DNA of 64,000 nucleotides from Parachlamydiales bacterium (GTDB lineage Bacteria; Chlamydiota; Chlamydiia; Chlamydiales; JAFEGQ01): NCBI GenBank assembly GCA_050250135.1, contig JBFWPF010000010.1, positions 780 to 64,779 of the forward strand, read 5' to 3'. Shown piece by piece: positions 61,032 to 64,000 of this stretch (position 1 is its first letter; each line of letters starts with the position of its first letter). The notes under the pieces were generated by a model. It saw only the letters and a program-made list of their open reading frames with translations, ran no database searches and was not told where the DNA came from. The position numbers and the translations under genes were made by a program.

Positions 61032-63217
61032 GTTTTATGCGCCGCAACCAGCGGCTCTTTTTTGTGATCGTGACCGCGGTCATCATCGTCTCCTTCTCCT
61101 TCTTTGGGACCTACCAGAGCTTTTTGCAGGGGGGGCAACGGGGGGAGGCCGCCTTTACGGCGATCAACGGGAAGAAGATCTCCCAGCGAGAGCTCTCCCA
61201 GATGGCCCTCTTCCTCTCCACCGAAGCGGATACGCCTGGAGGCAATCCCCTCAACGATGGGGTCGTCTCCCGCCACCTCTTTGAGAGCGGCCTAGCCCTC
61301 CTGTTGGCGGGGCGGTTCCAAGAGCCGATTGAGGGGGAGCTCCTTAACAAGGCGACGGTCGAATCCCGCTTCTTCCCCTACCGCCACCCCTATGCCCCGA
61401 TGCTCGGGGCCGAGTGGATCTGGAGCTCCTTTGCTCCCGATATAAAGGAGGGGCTCGAGGCCCTTAAGGCCAACCTCCCCTTTGAGGAGCGGTTTGCCAA
61501 AAAGATAGCCCTCTACCTAGCCGAGCGCGATTTTCCTCAGTCGAGCCTCAAGCAGATGATCCGGTTTCAGGAGGGGCAAGCCCAGGGACTTCCGAGCGAT
61601 GGGGACCTTGCCGCGCGAGACCTCTCCCTCTACGGCTACCACACCCTTCAGGATTGGTTTGGCCCCACCTTTATGAACCTTACGGCTGAGGTGATTACGC
61701 AAGGGAGCATCATCGCTGAAGAGCGGGGCTACACCGTCTCCAAGCGGGAGGCCTTTGCCGACCTCATCCACAATGCCGAGGTGGCCGCAAGCCGCTACCC
61801 CACCCTTTATGCAGGGTCGAGCAAGGGGACGCTCGAGGGGATTCTCCGCCGAATGGGGATGACCCCCAATGAAGCGACTGCCCTCTGGCAGCGGGTCCTC
61901 CTCTTTCGCCGCCTTCTCGAAGATAGCGGCTCCTCCCCTCTCCTCGATACCCTCCCGTTTGAGCGGTTTGCCGAGTATGCGGGAGCGCGCCGGCAGATCG
62001 CCCACTACGCCCTCCCCGGCCACCCCACCCTCAAAAACAGCGAGGAGCTCTTAGCCTTTGAGAGCTACCTCGATGCGGTCTATCAGCGGAGTCCTGAGAA
62101 CTTGGCCGACCTCCCGAGCGAGGTCCGCCCCCTCCAGGAGGTAAAGCGGCGGGCCCCCGAACTGGTCTACCGGGAGTACCCCCTCGAGATCAAGGAGGTC
62201 AACCGGGAGATGCTCGGCATGGAGATCCCTATTCGGGAGATATGGAACTGGCAGCTTCAGGATGCGGGATGGGAAACCCTTGAAAGCCGCATACCCGCTC
62301 TCGAGCGGCAAAAGGGGGAGAAATTCTCCCGCCTCAAAACGCTTGACTCCCAAAGCCGTCAAAAGGCCGATGAGATCGCCCGCAAGGCGATCCTAAAGGC
62401 CCACCCCGAACGGGTCCTTACCGCTCTAGAAGCCGAGGAGGCGCGGGAGCAGCACGTCAAACTCCCCTTCTCGGGCCCCTCGCCGCTTAAAGGGGTCGAC
62501 CCCAAGCAACTGATGGATAAGCTCCAGGGAGCCGAGGGGCCCATCCTCCTGACTGGCGATGAGTTTACCTTCGAGATCACCCTCCTCGGCCCCCCCTCAG
62601 AAGAGCGGGTCTTTCTCTATAATGAGGCCAAGCAGGTGGGCGCTTTGCGGGCCCTTGCCGACCGGAGGGTCGAAGAGGCCTACCAGGCGCGGCGGGAGAG
62701 GGGGAAGCCCTTAAGCCAAGTTAGGGAAGAGCTTGTCACCTCGCTCACCGCGGCGACCACCCGGCAGCTCCTCGCGCAGCTCCCCGAGGCAGAGGGGGCT
62801 GGCGCCGACTATGCGGCCAAAAACCGCTTTGTCCCCTATCTCTCCCGGATCCGCGACGAACGGCAGGAAGAGGTGCTCTTCTTTGAAGAGGGAACCCGGG
62901 TCTGGAAGGGCGATCCCCTTGCCACCCAATGGGAGGTGGAGCGGCAGCTGACCCACCTCACCCGCGGCCAGACCCTCCAAAACCGGGATTTTGAAGAACT
63001 CACCCGCGGCACCACCTCTGAGGTCTACATCGATCCTACCCGAGGAACCACCTTCTACCGAATAGGCGAAGTGGAGCAAGGGCACCTGCACAATCCCCTT
63101 CTCTACGACAGTCTCCAAAGGGCCCTCTCCCACGAGGCGCAAGGGCGCCTCTTCGCGCAGCTCCTCGACGAGATCGAGACCCGCGGCGGGCTGGAGCTCA
63201 CTGGGAGGGAGGGATGA
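61025..63217 (+). CDS. Membrane-anchored periplasmic chaperone-like protein (PpiD/SurA-N-like N-terminus)
   Basis: 730 aa. N-terminus MLSFMRRNQRLFFVIVTAVIIVSFSFFG...AAFTAINGKKISQRELS parallels the PpiD N-terminal anchor and first helix. The rest was not recognised and no parvulin motif was seen. Confidence 0.5.
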   Translation: MLSFMRRNQRLFFVIVTAVIIVSFSFFGTYQSFLQGGQRGEAAFTAINGKKISQRELSQMALFLSTEADTPGGNPLNDGVVSRHLFESGLALLLAGRFQEPIEGELLNKATVESRFFPYRHPYAPMLGAEWIWSSFAPDIKEGLEALKANLPFEERFAKKIALYLAERDFPQSSLKQMIRFQEGQAQGLPSDGDLAARDLSLYGYHTLQDWFGPTFMNLTAEVITQGSIIAEERGYTVSKREAFADLIHNAEVAASRYPTLYAGSSKGTLEGILRRMGMTPNEATALWQRVLLFRRLLEDSGSSPLLDTLPFERFAEYAGARRQIAHYALPGHPTLKNSEELLAFESYLDAVYQRSPENLADLPSEVRPLQEVKRRAPELVYREYPLEIKEVNREMLGMEIPIREIWNWQLQDAGWETLESRIPALERQKGEKFSRLKTLDSQSRQKADEIARKAILKAHPERVLTALEAEEAREQHVKLPFSGPSPLKGVDPKQLMDKLQGAEGPILLTGDEFTFEITLLGPPSEERVFLYNEAKQVGALRALADRRVEEAYQARRERGKPLSQVREELVTSLTAATTRQLLAQLPEAEGAGADYAAKNRFVPYLSRIRDERQEEVLFFEEGTRVWKGDPLATQWEVERQLTHLTRGQTLQNRDFEELTRGTTSEVYIDPTRGTTFYRIGEVEQGHLHNPLLYDSLQRALSHEAQGRLFAQLLDEIETRGGLELTGREG

Positions 63218-63585
63218 GACGGTACACCGAATCCCATGAGTGGGTTGAAAAGCAGGGGAAAACGTGCCGCGTTGGGATCAGCCGCTATGCGCAGCAGGAG
63301 CTTGGGGAGATCGTCCATATCGAGCTTCCCAAAGTTGGTGCTAAGGTGAGTGCCGAACAAGAGGCGGCGATCCTTGAGTCGACCAAAGCGGCGAGCGACG
63401 TCTACTCTCCCCTCTCAGGCACTATCACCGCCGTCAACGACCGGGTGAAGGAGGATCCTCGCCTCCTCAACACCTCTCCCGAGGAGGAGGGGTGGCTCTT
63501 CTCTCTCGAGCCCACTTCAGAAGCGGAGTGGGAGACCCTCCTGACTGAAGAGGGCTACCACCAGATGGTAGGGGCCCATTCTTAG
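63214..63585 (+). CDS. gcvH: Glycine cleavage system H protein (lipoyl carrier)
   Basis: 123 aa. YTESHEWV and the lipoyl-lysine motif ILESTKAASDVYSPLSG. Confidence 0.9.
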   Translation: MRRYTESHEWVEKQGKTCRVGISRYAQQELGEIVHIELPKVGAKVSAEQEAAILESTKAASDVYSPLSGTITAVNDRVKEDPRLLNTSPEEEGWLFSLEPTSEAEWETLLTEEGYHQMVGAHS

Positions 63586-63750
63586 CCCTTTTCAGCTCAC
63601 ACCCCCCAACTTCTCCAATGGATAGCTCCAACCAACTTAACTCACTCGACGTAAAGCGATTGCGATTCGTGATTCATATGACTCAAAATCCACAAATCGG
63701 CCGTTTTTTGACTCATATGCGTCAAATGATACCAATCACAAAAAATAAGT

Positions 63751-64000
63751 TCACACATTAGCCCAAGCCCTTGAGCAGAGCGACGCCACGTTTTTTGGCA
63801 CGTCCACAAAAGCATTCCAGGCACTACAGCAAGCACTAACGATCTCCTCATAGCCTTCGTATGAGCGGTTACTCAAAAACCGATCCCTTAAAACTTGCCA
63901 AACTTGCTCGGTTGGATTCAGCTCTGGGGAAGCCGGGGGGAGAGGCAGCAGAGATAAGTTGGGAAATCTCTTGAGGCGCTTAGTTGTATGCCAAGCCGCT
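63751..64000 (-). mobile_element. IS630-family insertion sequence, second copy. This is the 3' part of the transposase gene; it runs off-window.
   Basis: The reverse complement of 63828-64000 equals 416-588. Here the frame continues intact: ...EEIVSACCSAWNAFVDVPKNVASLCSRAWANV* with the stop at 63751-63753. The outer IS end lies somewhere in 63586-63750, where CATATGACTCA / TGACTCATATG subterminal repeats occur. Confidence 0.85.

Overview
This is a GC-rich chromosomal window (high-50s % by eye, not computed) from a member of the Chlamydiae. Lineage markers are euo (17552-18082), an Npt1-type ATP/ADP translocase (18271-19830), the ytgABCD metal-import operon with the YtgC-YtgR permease/repressor fusion (13220-17071), a stand-alone nqrF and a ptsN pair. 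The block rnc-radA...sodA-accD-dut-ptsN-ptsN-clpC-lplA...gcvH follows Chlamydia gene order as I remember it. The backbone is housekeeping: sucCD, ftsY, rseP, lepA, htpG, nadE, efp/epmA, mfd, alaS, tkt, hemY, rnc, radA and clpC.

Accessory and unusual content:
1. Three paralogous AAA+ ATPase genes with a C-terminal PD-(D/E)xK-like nuclease motif (COG1373/DUF4143 type) lie within 9 kb: 29469-30812 (+), 34181-35389 (+) and 36909-38120 (-).
   - Each is flanked by arrays of a shared 32-34-bp repeat with ATGGTCG/CGACCAT cores.
   - One sits inside a duplicated, synonymously recoded 3' end of mfd (36686-36796 vs 38319-38430).
   - Another is bracketed by ~60-bp direct repeats that begin at the nadE stop codon.
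   - No integrase or transposase accompanies them. This is my best candidate for an undescribed mobile or selfish module.
2. A 157-bp foldback MITE family has full copies at 20648-20804 and 36516-36672, plus fragments.
3. A 288-bp hairpin-rich foldback element lies at 20873-21160.
4. A perfect 30-bp inverted repeat lies between ytgD and rseP.
5. A 957-aa protein (8145-11018) resembles an expanded DUF6119/TIGR04141 protein and is coupled to a small membrane protein.
6. An AbiEi/AbiEii toxin-antitoxin pair lies at 48073-49540.
7. Identical IS630-family copies in inverted orientation sit at both window edges. The left copy is truncated by a nested ISAs1-family IS (589-1801).

I found no rRNA, tRNA or CRISPR. 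All homology calls come from reading the translations and from memory of protein families; nothing was searched.
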